The notes under the pieces were generated by a model. It was given only the letters and a program-made list of their open reading frames with translations. It made no database searches and was not told where the DNA came from. A program made the position numbers and the translations under genes. Positions 14,260 through 27,962 of a stretch of DNA of 64,000 nt are shown here, piece by piece. Numbering within the stretch: the first letter of the stretch is position 1; each line of letters opens with the position of its first letter. Origin of the DNA: the human T2T-CHM13v2.0 reference genome, Homo sapiens; NCBI RefSeq assembly GCF_009914755.1, contig NC_060928.1; one strand, written 5' to 3'.

Positions 14260-17200
14260 TATTTTACTTTCATTTTCAACTTTTATTTTAGATTCAGGGG
14301 TACACGTGCAAGTTTGTTATTTGAGTATATTGCATCATGCTGAGGTTTGGAATACAAATAATACTGTCACCCGGGTACTGAGCATTGTGCCCAACCATTA
14401 ACTTTCCAGTCCTGTGTCACCTCATTCCCGCCCTGCTCTAGTAGTCACCAAAGTCTATTGTTGCCATATTTGTGTACATAGTGCCCAATATTTAGCTCCC
14501 ACTTACAAATGGAAAGATGCCATATTTGGTTTCCTGTTCCTGTATTAATTTGCTTAGGATTATGGTCTCCAGCTGCATCCATGTGCCACCATGGACACGA
14601 TTTTATTCTTTTTTATGACTGCATAGTATTCCATGGTGTATATGAGCCACATTTTATTTATCCAGTCCACTGCTGATGGACACCTAGGTTGATTCCATGT
14701 CTTTGCTATGGTGAGTAGTGCTGCAATGAACATGCAAGTGCATGTGTCTTTTTGGTAGAAGGATTTGTTTTCCTTTAGAAATATACATCATAATGGAATT
14801 GCCAGGTCAACAGCAGTTCTGTTTTCAGTTCTTTGACAAATCTCCGAACTGCTTTCCCCAGTGGCTGAACTAATTTACATTCCAACCAACAGTGTGTAAG
14901 TGTTCTTTTTGCCACAACCTTATCAACATCTGTTTTTTCTTGACTTTTTAGTAATAGACATTCTGACTGGTATGAGATGGCATCTCATTGTGGTTTTGAT
15001 TTGCATTTCTCTGATGATTAGTGATGATAAGCCTTTTTTCATATTTGCTGCCAGTTTGTATGTCTTTTGAGAAGTGTCTGTTCATCTCTTTTGCCCAGTT
15101 TTTAATGGGGTGGTTTTTTGCTTGTTTAATTAATTTCATTATAGATTCTGGATATTAGATCTTTGTCAGACGGATAGTTTGTGAATATTTTCTCCAATTT
15201 TGTAGGTTGTCTATTTGCTCTGTTGATAGTTTCTTTTGCTGTGCAGAAGGCCTACAGTTTAATTAAACCCCACTTGTCAATTTTTGTTTTTGTTGCAATT
15301 ACTTTTGAGGACTAAGTCATAAATTCTTTCCCAAAGCCATGTCTAAAATGTTATTTCCTAGGTTTTCTTCTAGGATTCTCACAATTTGAAGTCTTATGTT
15401 TAATGTTTTTTTCTCCATCTGGAGTTAACTTTTGTATATGGTGAGAGGTTGGGTCCAGTTTCATTCTTCTGTGCATGACTAGACAGAGCATTTATTGAAT
15501 AAAGAGTCCCTTCCCCATTGCTTATACTTGTCAACTTTGTCAAAGATTAGATGGCTATAGATGTGCCTCTTTATTTCTGGGTTCTCTGTTCTGTTCCATT
15601 GGTCCATGTGTTTGTTTTTGTACCAGCGCCATGTTGTTTTATTTACTGTAGCCTTGTAGTGTAGTTTGAAAGTCAGGTAATGTGATGCCTCCAGCTTTGC
15701 TCTTTATGCTTAGGATTACTTTGGCTACTCAGGCTCCTTTTTGGTTCCATATACGTTTTAGAATAGTTTTTTTCCAAATCTGACAAATGATGTTGTTAGC
15801 TTGACAGGAATAGTGTTCAATCTGTAGATTGCTTTGGGCAGTATGACCATTTTTACAATACTGATTCTTCTATTCCATAAACATGGAATGTTCTTTCATT
15901 CATTTGTGTCATTTATGATTTCTTTAGTAGTATTTTATAGTTCTTGTAGAGATCATTTACTTCCTTGAATAAATGTATTCTTAGGTATTTTATCATTTTT
16001 GTGGCTATTGTAAATGGGATTGCGTCTTGATTTGGCTCTCGAGTGTTATTGGTGTATGGAAATGCTACTAATTTTTGTACATTGACTTTGTATCCTGAAA
16101 CTTTGCTGATGTCATTTATCAGTCTAAGAATCCTTCTGGTGGAGTCTTAAGAGTTTTCTAGCTGTAGAATCATATTGTGAGTAAAGGAAGATGGTTTGAC
16201 TTCTTCTCTTATTTGACTTCTTCTCCTATTTTTTTCTCTTGTCTAAATCCTCTGGTTAAGGCTTCTAGTACTACATTGAATAGGAGTAGTGTGAGTGGAC
16301 ATCCTTGTCCTCTTCCAGTTCCCAAGGAAACTGCTTCTAATTTTTGCCCATTTAGCATGATGTTGGCTATGGGTTTTTCATAGATGTTTCTTATTATGGT
16401 ATGTTCTTTTGATGCCTAATTTCTTGAGTTTTTATCATGAAGTTTTGTTGAACTTTACTGAAAGCTTTTTCCACATCTATTGAGATTATTATATGTTTTT
16501 TGTTTTAATTCTGTTTATGTCATGCATCACATTTATTGATCTGTATATTTTGAACCAACCTTGCATCTCGGGAATGAAGCCTACTTGATCATGATGAATA
16601 CACTTTTAGATGTGCTGTTGGATTCATTTTGCTAGTAGTTTGTTGAGGATTTTTGCTTCTATGCCAATCAGGGATATTTGCCTGTAGTTTTCTTTTTTCA
16701 TTGTGTCTTTGCCAGGTTTTGGTATCGGGGTGATGCTGGCTTCATAGATTGAGTTAGACAGAAGTTTCTCCTCTTTGATTTTTTAAAAAATACTTTCAGT
16801 AGAATTGATACTAGCTCTTCTTTGTATGTTCGGTAGAACTTGGCTGTGAATCCATCTAGGCCAGGCTATTTTAGTTGGTTGGTTTTTATTCCTGTTAATT
16901 TCAAAACTCATTATTGGTCTGTTCGGTGTTTCAGTTTCTTCCTGACTGTTCCAGTAATTTATTTTTCTAGGTTTTCTAATTTGTGCAATTTGTGCATAGA
17001 AGTATTTATAATAGTTTCTGAGGATGTTTTGTATTTCTGTTGAATTGGTTGTAATGTCACCTTTGTTGTTTCCGATTATGCTTATTGAATCTTCTCTTTT
17101 TCTTTGTTATACTAACTAGCAGTCTGTTAATGTTGTTCATCCTTTCAAATAACCAATTTGTGGTTTTGTTGATTCTTTTTATTCATTGTTTTTGGGGTAT

Positions 17201-18598
17201 CAATTTCATTTAGTTCTGCTCTGATTTTAGTTATTTCTTTTCCTCTGCCAGCTTTGGTGTTAGTTTGCCCTATTTTACTAGTTTCTCTATGTGTGATGTT
17301 AGATCATTCATTTGAGATCTTTCTAACTTTTCAAGATAGGTGTTTGGCACTATAAACTTTCCTCTTATCATTGTTTTTACTGCATCCCAGAGATTTCAGT
17401 ATGTTTTGTGTCTGTTTTTATTTATTTCAAAGAATTTTTTTCATTTCTGCCTTTATTTTGTTGTTTAATCAAAAGTCATTCTGGAGCAAGTTGTTTAATT
17501 TCAATGTAATTGTACGGTCTTGAGAGATTTTCTTGGTATTGATTTATATTTTTATTCCACTGTTGTCCAAGACTATATTTGGAATAATTTTATTTTAAAA
17601 AAATTTAATTGAGACTTGCTTTACTGCTGAGCCTGTAGTCAAAATCTTGGAGGATATTTCATACATAGATGAGAAGAATGTATATTATGTGTTTAGTGGT
17701 TGGAGTATTCTGTAGATGTGTACTAGGTCCAATTGGTCAAATGTTGATTTTAAGTCCAAAATTTCTTTGTTAGTTTTCTGACACAATGATGTGTCTAATG
17801 CTGATGGGGGTGGTAAAGTCCCCACTATTGTTGTGTGGCTAAGTCTTTTCATAGGTCTAGAAGTGCTTGCTTTGTGAATAAGGGTGCTCCAATGTTGGGT
17901 GTAGATATATTTAGGATAATTCAGGATAGTTATGTCTTCTTGTTGAATTTAACCTTTTATCAATATACAATGCCCTTCTTTGTCCTTTTTTTTCACTGCC
18001 TTTCGTTTAAAGTCTCTTTTATTCGATATAAGAATAGCAACCCTTGCTCTTTTTTGTTCTCCATTTGTGTGATAGATCTTTCTCCAACTCTTTACTTTGA
18101 ACCTTCACTTTGAACCTAGGTGACAGATCTTTCTCCAACTCATCATGGATCTCTTGAAAAGAGCAGATAGATGTCTCATTTTTTTATTCAGCTTGCCATT
18201 CTGTGCCTTTTAAGTGGGGTGTGTAGACCATTTATTTTCAGGGTTAATATTGATATGTGAGGCTTCAATACTATTGTGAAATTGTTACCTTGTTGCTTTG
18301 TAGTTGCTATTGTATTTTTGCTTTACAGTGTCTGTGGGATATGTACTTAAATGTGTTTTTGTGGTAGAAAGTATTGTTCTTTTGTTTCTGTGCTTGGAAC
18401 TCCCTTAATGATCTCTTGTAAAGCTGGCGTAGCAGTAACAAATTCCCCTAGTCCTTGCTTTTCTTGAAAAGATGTTATTTTTCCTTCACTTACAAGGCAT
18501 AGTTTGGCTGGATATGAAATTCTTGGTAGGAATTTCTTTTCCTTAAGAATGCTAAAAATAGGCCCCCAGTATCTCCTGGCTTATAGGTATCTGCTGAC
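14260..18598 (-). mobile_element. 5'-truncated L1 (old L1PA/L1PB), about 4.3 kb; most of ORF2 plus 3' UTR, disabled
   Basis: Continuous antisense L1 sequence; ORF 14948..15139 resembles the ORF2p C-terminus ([15 protein letters not shown]); TSD TACGTTTT[A/C]TTT at 14248 and 18599. Confidence 0.93.
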
Positions 18599-18932
18599 TA
18601 CGTTTTCTTTAAATAGCCAATCTCTACCATTTTGAAAACACAAAAGAGCTATTATTACCTTAACCTTATGAGTCATTTTTAGTCTTTTTAAATTATCCTC
18701 AAACAATTTATACTTTATAAATTATATTTTATAATTAGACCAGTTCGTTATCAATACCTTAAAGCAGTATTTTTAAAAAATACAATGGGATGGGGTATTA
18801 TATTTTTTATCTAACTTTATCAAGCACCACATAATTTGAAAATTCACTAACAAACAATAGCTTGCATCCAATATACAAGATTATGCAAGTTTATTTTCCC
18901 CATCTAGATACTTGTAAAAGTACTCAGAGTTA

Positions 18933-19233
<301 letters not shown>

Positions 19234-21186
19234 TCAGAGTTAATTTAGTGACTCTTCCAGCTAAATCAATTCTATATCATTGAATTCTGATGGGGACTGA
19301 AACCTTTTCTGTATGCTTTCTTTAAGGTTAATTTCCTCTGTTTAACTTTCAGTTGTTCCTCTTCAGCAAAAAGTCACATTTTCTCATATTTTCCTAAAGC
19401 CTAATTTTATCTTCTTCTTCTTTACATAGTCAAGCATCTCTTGTAATTGCTTTGGCAAAAAGAGAAGGATTTTTCTCTTGGTTCACTTAATAAAGAGTCA
19501 TATGAGAAAGCTACAAGTGTTCCACTTAAAATGTACCTTATTACGTTATACCTATAATAGAAGTTCATCATGAGCATTTTGAGAATTCATAATATTAGAA
19601 AGAAGTGGAGAAAATCAACATACATCGTTTCACCACCCAGGGATAAAAATAATTAACATTTAGAATATTTGCTTCTAGTATAAGAATTAAATTGAGTTTT
19701 GACTGCAGTTGTGTTATGATTTGTTTCCATCCTACCCATGTGGTTGCACACCAGATGGAGAAACTCCACTAATTATCCATGTTTCCTCCGGTGTCAAATT
19801 TACCAGTTGGCAACCTCATCACAGCTCTTCTGAGCCCTTCTACCCTGTTACAGTATACAGCCTGATGTCGCCACACTGCATTACTTTCCTTTGCTCATTT
19901 TAGCTACCCGCAGCCCCTCTCTGATAATCAGAGAGAGAGAATTAGTAACTACCAAGTTTACTCAATCTGTCTTTTAGTTATTGGTTTTGACATATTCAGA
20001 AAATAAAGATATATTCAGAAAATTTACTAAGAGTATTTGTGATGCAGCATGGTATAAAATAAAATTCACTGGTATAAGATAAAATATTACTGGGACACCC
20101 ACTCCCTCCTCCTTCTGGTAAGAGAGCTAGATCTAGACAATCTTAGGTCTGCTTCCCTGTAGCCATGAGCTGCAGAAAAATTGAAGCAGAACTGAGAGAA
20201 TAGATTGCAAGAGAGTGTTTAAGTTCCTCTTCTGCTGCCATGTCACACTCACTTGTTATAACGGTTGCCCTTGTACAACAGAAATCTGCAACAATGGCAG
20301 AGGAACAGGTTTCTGAGGTGAGGAGTTGATAAAGAGAGGTGTGAGGGAAGAGACCAGTGGCTTTGGGAACTTATTTCTCTCTGCTCCCCCTCTCCAACCC
20401 CACAAAAAAAAAGCATCTTCCAAATATTTCTCCTAAGAATTTCAAAGCAAGTCCTGATCAGAGATTTTTCCTGGAGGAATAGCAACAGTGGTCAGCAGAG
20501 TTTCAGGTGGCCTGATACTTTTTGCTCAGAACTAATCTCTTACTCTTCCTTAAACTTACCAGAAGGGGCACAGGATTTCACCTGGCTTTCAGCCTTTGTC
20601 TCACATATATTATCAGATAGAGAAGCTGAGCCACACAAGAAAACATACATTCACAGGCTAAAATGTCTATATACTTAAGCAACACAGCTACTATAAATGA
20701 AATGAAACAGCATATGCCACATGGATCATATCTAATATAAGAATTATAAAAGATAACCAAGAGGAAATGTTTAATCTGAAAATTATAATAAAGAACAATT
20801 TAATTGAATAAAGAACAGGCGAGAGAAAGTTTTAGAATTAACTGTTGTGATGGAAGTGGACACTGAGAGACTCTCAAGTAAGTAGTAGAAAAGGATAAAG
20901 AGATGGTAAATTTTTTTTTAAGCTAAGAGGTAGGAAAAACAAAATAAGAAACAAAAAAGTCAAAATCATGTAATTGAGTCCAATAGGGGTAAAGAGAAAA
21001 TAAAAACCAGATGAAAATATATGTAGTAGTAACAGAGATGTAGATACGATAGATCTAGATAGGATATTAAAGGATAGGTGAAAATGCTCAGATTGAAATA
21101 ATTCATAGAGTGTCAAATAAGAGAAGCAATAATCATAATGACAATAATAACTCCCCACACAATCTGGTGAAATTTAAGAACATCAA

Positions 21187-21732
21187 AGCAGTCGCATTAC
21201 TGGGTATATACCCAAAGGAATATAAATCATTCTACTATAAAGACACATGCACTTGTATGTTCATTGCAGCATTCTTCACACAAGCAAAGATGTAGAATCA
21301 ACCTAAATGCTCATCAAGGATAGATTGAATAAAGAAAACATGGTATATATACACCATATAATACTATGCAACCATAAAAGATGAGATCATGTCCTTTTCA
21401 GGAACATAGACTGAGCTAGAGGGCATTATCCTTAGCAAACTAACACAGGAACAGAAAATCAAATACCACATGTTCTCACTTATAAGTGGGTGCTAAATGA
21501 TGAGAACATATAGACACATAGAGGACAACAACACACACTGGAGCCTTTCAGAGGGTGGAAGGTGGGAGGAGGGAGAGGATTAGGAAAAGTAACTAATGGA
21601 TACAAGGCTTAATACCTGGGTGACGAAATAATCTGTACAACCAACCCCCTTGATACAAGTTTACCTACATAACAAACCTGTGCTTGTACCCCTGAACTTA
21701 AAAGTTAAAAAAAAAATAGAAAAAAAATAAAA
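21187..21732 (+). mobile_element. L1PA (older) 3' end
   Basis: LLGIYPKEYKSFYYKDTCTCMFIAA ORF2p C-terminal remnant, 3' UTR and A-tail. Confidence 0.9.
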
Positions 21733-21802
21733 TTCCGAAAGCTTCTAGGAAGTAAAGACAGATTGCCTACAAAATATTAATATAAGAATCAAATTGATAC
21801 AC

Positions 21803-21858
21803 TACTGGATGTATACTGGATGTAAGAATATACTGGATGTATACTGGATGTAAGAATA
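21803..21858. repeat. Nested tandem duplication (28 bp x2, each unit containing 11 bp x2)
   Basis: (TACTGGATGTA TACTGGATGTA AGAATA)x2. Confidence 0.9.
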
Positions 21859-22343
21859 TAATAAACTAGAAATTTAAAACAACGATTTTATATGAGGAAA
21901 AATATTTTTATTTAAATAATTTTAATTTATTTATTTTTAATTGAAAATCATGTATATGAGATACAATGTGATGTTTGAGGTATGTATACACTGTAAAAAG
22001 AAAGCATATTTTAAAAATATGGAGCATAACACAATTTTTTACTTGTGTAAATGCTCAGAAGTTTGGCCTCAACCAGCTCCATATTGAAAACACTCTTAGA
22101 GGAAGCAATTATATTAGAAGAGAAAATGTTCAGGATGATGTTTCAAGATAATTGGGTATTAAATATAAGCAAATTTTAAAACAAAGTTTACTGTCACTTA
22201 AAATTTCCATAAACATAAAAAAGCAAAAAATTATGTTCTTAACAGGGCAGAATTAATATGTAAGAGAATATCAATGTAAAAAATTTGTGGTCGTATTGGG
22301 AAAAGATTAAGGAATCACATTAGGGTAAAAATTATGAAAGCTA

Positions 22344-22810
22344 TGTTTATTGCTGCACTATTCACAATAGCAAAGACTTGGAACCAACCCAAATGTCCAA
22401 CAATGATAGACTGGATTAAGAAAATGTGGCACATATACACCATGGAATACTATGCAGCCATAAAAAATGATGAGTTCATGTCCTTTGTAGGGACATGGAT
22501 GAAACTGGAAATCATCATTCTCAGTAAACTATCGCAAGGACAAAAAACCAAACACTGCATGTTCTCATTCATAGATGGGAATTGAACAATGAGAACACAT
22601 GGACACAGGAAGGGGAACATCACACTCTGGGGACTGTTGTGGGGTGGGGGGAGGGGGGAGGGATAGCATTAGGAGATATACCTAATGCTAAATGACAAGT
22701 TAATGGGTGCAGCACACCAGCATGGCACATGTATACATATGTAACTAACCTGCACATTGTGCACATGTACCCTAAAACTTAAAGTATAATAATAATAAAA
22801 TAAAAAAAAA
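22344..22810 (+). mobile_element. Young L1PA (PA3/PA4-like) 3' end, about 470 bp
   Basis: MFIAALFTIAKTWNQPKCPTMIDWIKKMWHIYTMEYY remnant, G-rich tract, A-tail, TSD AAAAATTATGAAAGCTA. Confidence 0.95.
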
Positions 22811-22939
22811 TTATGAAAGCTATATTGATAAACTTAAAAACTCAATAGGGATTTTAAGAAGTTGCTTTTAAGTTAAACTTCAGGGAGACTATAATCAAAG
22901 TTCCAATCAAATTATTGCACCATGATATAGAACATGCTA

Positions 22940-24250
22940 ATTAAAATTACCTGTGACTTTCACATTACTACATCTCATGGTCACTTACTAGTTGTCATCT
23001 TATTTGACCTATTAGCTGCATTGTACAGTTTTTTATTTCATATTCCTGGAAACACATTTTCCACTTGCTATCTAGGACACCATATTTTCCTGTTTTTTTA
23101 ATCTATCTCCTAAGGTATTCTTTATCAGTCTCTGATATTGATCCCATTTCATTTTCATGATTTCTTAATGCTGGAAATGGAATACACCATGTCCAGTATG
23201 TGAATGTGTTCTCTCTGTGTATTCACTTCACATTTCTTTCAATGTCATAGTTTTAAATATCATCTTTCTCTCTCTATATATATATATATATGTGTGTGTG
23301 TGTGAGTGTATATATTATATACACTCCCCATATATATTTTATATATATATATGTATATATTATATACACTCAGATGGCTTCCCCATCTGAGTAAATGTCT
23401 ATTACTTTCTACCCTTGGCAATCAAGACAAATTCCTGAGAATCAGCTTTTCTTTCTTTTCTCTCACTCCCACATTCAATCCATCAATAACTCCTATTGGC
23501 ACTGCCTCCAAGATATATCCAAACTAATACATGTCTTTCCATCTCTACTAAAACTATCTTTTTCCAAATTTTGTCATCTCAGATTAATTATTTCAATAGT
23601 CTCCCCTTTTTTTTCTGCTTGACTTCCCTTCCTCCAGTCCATTTTCCACTCCTTAGATACAGCGATCTTTTTGAAATGCAAATCAAATTACACCATTCCC
23701 CCATTAAGACCCTCTAATGACTTTCCCATATCTTTACAATAATACCTAAACTCCTGTTTTGGTCTCAAGGCCTTTGCCTTCTTCTCCAACCAAATCTTTT
23801 AATTTTCTCCCTGACTTTCACTACCTTCCTATGTTTCAGACACACCAGGCTCATTCAGACTAAAATATCCTTGCCCATTCTGCTTCCTTTGACTGAAACA
23901 CCCTTCCCATGATGTTTGTCCTACTGACTCTTTCCTATATTTAGGGACTAGTTCAGAAGTCATCTCTTCATCTCTTCAAAGTAGTTTGACCTGAGAATTC
24001 CTTTTAATTGACATTATTTCCCCAAGTCACTTGCTTTCACGTCACCTTATTTTACATTCTTCATAGTAATGGTAACTTTTTGACCTTATCTTATAAATGT
24101 ACTTACTTATGTTTTGCCTCCCCAACAAAAATGTAAGCCACACAACACCAAGGTTCTTGTCTTTTCTTGTTTACTACGCTGTCCCTAGGGCCTAGAACAG
24201 TGCTTTGCATAGAGCAGACACTTGGAAGCATTTGTTGTTGCTGAATGAAC
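22940..24250 (+). mobile_element. L2 3' portion with an internal (TA)/(TG) low-complexity tract
   Basis: Pyrimidine-rich L2 body ending cctagaacagtgc...atttgttgttgctgaatgaa. Confidence 0.75.
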
Positions 24251-24822
24251 ACAGGTATTAAATATCCTACCAATTTTAAAAGGCATAGTTGAATTTGAGC
24301 ACATTTATGAAAAGAAACAAGTTGGATATATGGAATGGCCACATTGGGCCTATTTCATTGTGTGAATAAAGTAAGAATCTTTTGCATGTTTATCACGATG
24401 ATGAAGACAACACTGAATCTTGCTTTTCTCACCAATATCATAGTGATATTGTGAGAAATGAAGAGGAAGAATGCATTTAAAGCACTTCATACAACCCTGG
24501 CACTCAGCAAAAGTTAACACTATTGTCATAATAGCTAAGCTTTCTTCATAGACTGTGTAGAATTGAAGAGTTCATCTATACAGTGGACAGTTCAGCTGCT
24601 GAGTTTCCTTTTATCTCTGTTATTTTGTGATTATTTTATTATGTTAAGTGATCATCTTTATGTGGAGCATTCAAGTCTTTCCTACAGTCTTCTTTCTAGA
24701 GTTTCAAAAGATTTATACCTCACATCATATTAAGTGAAGGGCATCCGTGATTCCCATTTATAATAAAAGAGAATGAGATCACCTTTGTAACATTTTCCTC
24801 ACTTCTATAGCCTGTTACTTAC

Positions 24823-24966
24823 CATATTTCAGTTTCAAATTCTTTTACCCTTAATCTCATGGCTACAGATACAGTTTCTTCATGCTTGTTCATTTCATGT
24901 AACCTCTTTCCTTTAGAATTTGCTTTTCTCCAGTTTATATTCTTATATTTTTCTTGGTTTCTTATC
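24823..24966 (-). CDS. Candidate internal coding exon, 144 nt, phase 2-2, K/E-rich peptide IRNQEKYKNINWRKANSKGKRLHEMNKHEETVSVAMRLRVKEFETEI; gene not recognised
   Basis: Acceptor tttcacag|G, donor TG|gtaagt, only one open frame, length divisible by 3, no repeat recognised. Confidence 0.4.
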
Positions 24967-26039
24967 CTGTGAAATTGTAATAAACATAATCCCTGCCTCC
25001 ATAGTGAGAACATTATTTGTTAACAGATGGTAGGCTTTCAAAATCTGAATCACTTGAAAGTAGAAGAGACTGAAAAAGGTAATCAAAGGTGAACTCTGCT
25101 TAATACTGGAAAAGGAAGGTCATTTTTACCCTCAAGAAGTACATAAACTCTTATACAATAAGGAAAGTTACCAACTGCTAGCAGCATTAAGGAGAGCTTG
25201 TAGAAAGGCATGGGAATTCATTTGTCTCTCTCAATTAGTTAATGGATTTTGAACATTAGTCATTAGGTTTCTACACTTTAATTAATTTAAGTAATTTGAA
25301 TAATGAAATTTCTAAACATAAAGTGTTTCTAATAAGCATTTCATCATTTATCCCGGAAGAATTTCAAGTAAATTAGTTCAAGTAACTCAACTCTGCTTCG
25401 GGAAGGAAGTAGTAGGAGCTGGAAATCAAGTGTGATACTGAAATGAGAAAGCTAAACAAAAAAGTGCTGCAGGAAGGAGTAAGACGGTTGAATGAGTAAG
25501 TCCCTTAGGCCATAACAAGCCCCTAGGCAAAGGACTGAAAACAAAATGGCCGTGGTTTATATAACATTTAGTTTCTATTAAATCTATTTTTGTCTGTGCA
25601 CAATTTTTGAAAATTTGCCTTGTAATAATTCTTGTGTAGCTTTCTCTAGATATGTTTTTAAACTAAATATAAGATGCTTGAAATCAAAAAACATTTTTTC
25701 ACTATTATAACTTTATTATAACTTTTTATTTTAAGAATTATTGCAATGTCTATAAGGACATGTAATAAGTGGTAGTTGTGGTTACTTCTAGCAATGAAAC
25801 TGGAATAGGGAACCACTTTTATTCATTCTGTATTCTTTTTATTATGTTTAACTTTTTATTTTCAGATTATTATAGCCTTACAGTATAGAGAGTTCCTCCA
25901 GTTTAACATTTTACATGATGATAGTAAATTATCAAAACTAAGAGACATCACTACAATACTATTAGATAAACTATAGACTGTTTCTATTTTACCAGTTTTT
26001 CTGCTATTGTCTTTCTGTTTCAGGATCTAATCTAGAATC

Positions 26040-26349
26040 TTTTTTTTTTTTTTTTTTTTTTTTGACAGAGCATCGCTCTTGTTGTCCAGGGTGGAGTGCA
26101 ATGGTGCGATCTTGGCTCACCACAACCTCCACCTCCCGGGTTCAAGTAATTTCTCCTGCCTCAGCTTCCCAAGTAGGTGGGATTACAGGCATGTGCCGCC
26201 ACACACCACAGCTAATTTTTGTATTTTTAGTAGAGACGAGGTTTCTCCATGTTGGTCAGGCTGGTCTTGAACTCCTGACTTCAGGTGATCTGCCCGCCTC
26301 AGCCTCCCAAAGTGCTGTGACTACATGCATGAGCCACCAAGCCCAGCCC
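26040..26349 (-). mobile_element. AluS (Sp/Sq-like)
   Basis: Poly-T, Alu dimer, TSD TAATCTAGAATCT. Confidence 0.95.
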
Positions 26350-26510
26350 TAATCTAGAATCTTAGATTGCATTTAGTTGTCAGGTCTCCTTAAACTCCAC
26401 CAATCTGTGATAGCTCCTCAGTTTTTCATTATCTTTAGTGATCTCAGATTTGAAAAATATAGGCCACTTGTTTCGTACACTGTCCTTTAATTTGGATTTT
26501 TCTGATATAT

Positions 26511-26887
26511 AGTCATGTGCCTTATAATGCCATTTTTGTCAATGATAAACTGCATATACAATGGTGATCCCATAAGATTGTAATACCATGTTTTCACTGT
26601 ATCTTTTAATTGTGCCAGCTATTTTAGTTGGCTCCTTTAGATATGTGTAGATACACCAATACTTACCATTTCGGTATTATTGCCTACAATATTCAGTACA
26701 GTAACATGCTGTACAGGTTTGTAGCCTAGGAGCATAAGCTATACCATATAACTACATAGTCTAGGTGTGTAGTAGGCTACACCATCTAGGTTTGTGTATG
26801 TACACTCTATGATGTTTGTGCAATGACAAAATTGCCTAATGATGTATATCTCAGACTAATCCCCATCATTAAAATATTTATGACTAT
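26511..26887. mobile_element. Tigger3a (MER7A-like) non-autonomous DNA transposon
   Basis: Ends agtcatg / atgact; diagnostic cagtacagtaacatgctgtacaggtttgtagcctaggagc. Confidence 0.85.
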
Positions 26888-27812
26888 TTTTCATGATTAT
26901 AATGAGGTTGTGCATAAGTGGAAAAAATGACACAAATGTAACGTTCCCTTCTAAGAGTGCATCATATCAAAGGACACATTATGTCAATATCTCTTATTAC
27001 TGGTGATTTTAATCTTGAACTCTTGGTAAAGGTAGAGTACACCAGGTTTCTCCACTATAAAGTTACTATATTCCTCTTTGCACTTAGTAGATATTTATTT
27101 TGGTACAGTTACTTTGAGACTTTGTAATTTAACTTTTACCCATGAGTTTTAGCTTTAATTGATGGATTTTGCTGCAACAACTATTGGTATATTAATGATT
27201 TTCTATTTCCCTCATTCTTCCTACATTGATTAATTATAATTATTCTGTAAGAAAAAGCTGTCCATTCTCCCCCATGTATGTATATCATATATACTCAAAA
27301 ATATTTATTATTGGGTTGATATTTAATATTGACAGTTGTAGTAAATTGTGCTGGCTATTTCAGTTGGCTCCTGTGCCTCTTTGCCATGTTCTCTTTTTAT
27401 TTGCTTTTTTTTTAGGACACTCTTATTTTCTGGCACCTTAATATGTTCCAGGTTTGCCTTGTATATTTTCTGCCCCAGTCCCAGGATCAACTACTTTTCC
27501 AACAAGCCCTGATTCCTTTTATGGAATATGGAAACTAGGGTGTCACTACTTCTAGGCTCCCACAATAAACGGAAGCTAGGAAATATAAGTATGTATAGAA
27601 AGCCATATGCACATACACATATATCCACACATGTATGTACACACAGATAAGTACTGAATAAATAAATTCTGCTTTTGCTTTTTCAACCAAATCCTAATTC
27701 TCCTCATTCTACACATCATTGATCATTCATTACTTTGTGTAACATTATACTAGTTCATAACAATTCTCAATACTCATACTTGATTGCAGCCACAACTGCA
27801 ATCTCCTTAAGA

Positions 27813-27962
27813 TCTTGCTTCTCAAAGTGTGGTCCATGGACTAGCAGTAGAAGTTGGAAGCCTGGTAGAAATGCAGAATCTCAAGTTCCACCCTATACCA
27901 ACTGAGTTAAAAATTTGAATTTTAATCATATTCCTCAAGTGATTAGAATTTGAAAAGCACAA
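27813..27962. mobile_element. MER5A-like element
   Basis: ttctcaaagtgtggtcc...agaaatgcagaatctc...tttgaaaagcac. Confidence 0.75.

Larger units (their letters stand above)
25850..27640 (-). mobile_element. Old L1M 3' UTR fragments hosting an Alu and a Tigger
   Basis: ttgcatttagttgtcaggtctcc and ccaggtttctccactataaagttacta L1M 3' UTR motifs. Confidence 0.65.

Noticed and set aside
22640-22662. G-quadruplex-like tract
   Set aside because: Standard feature of the L1PA 3' UTR
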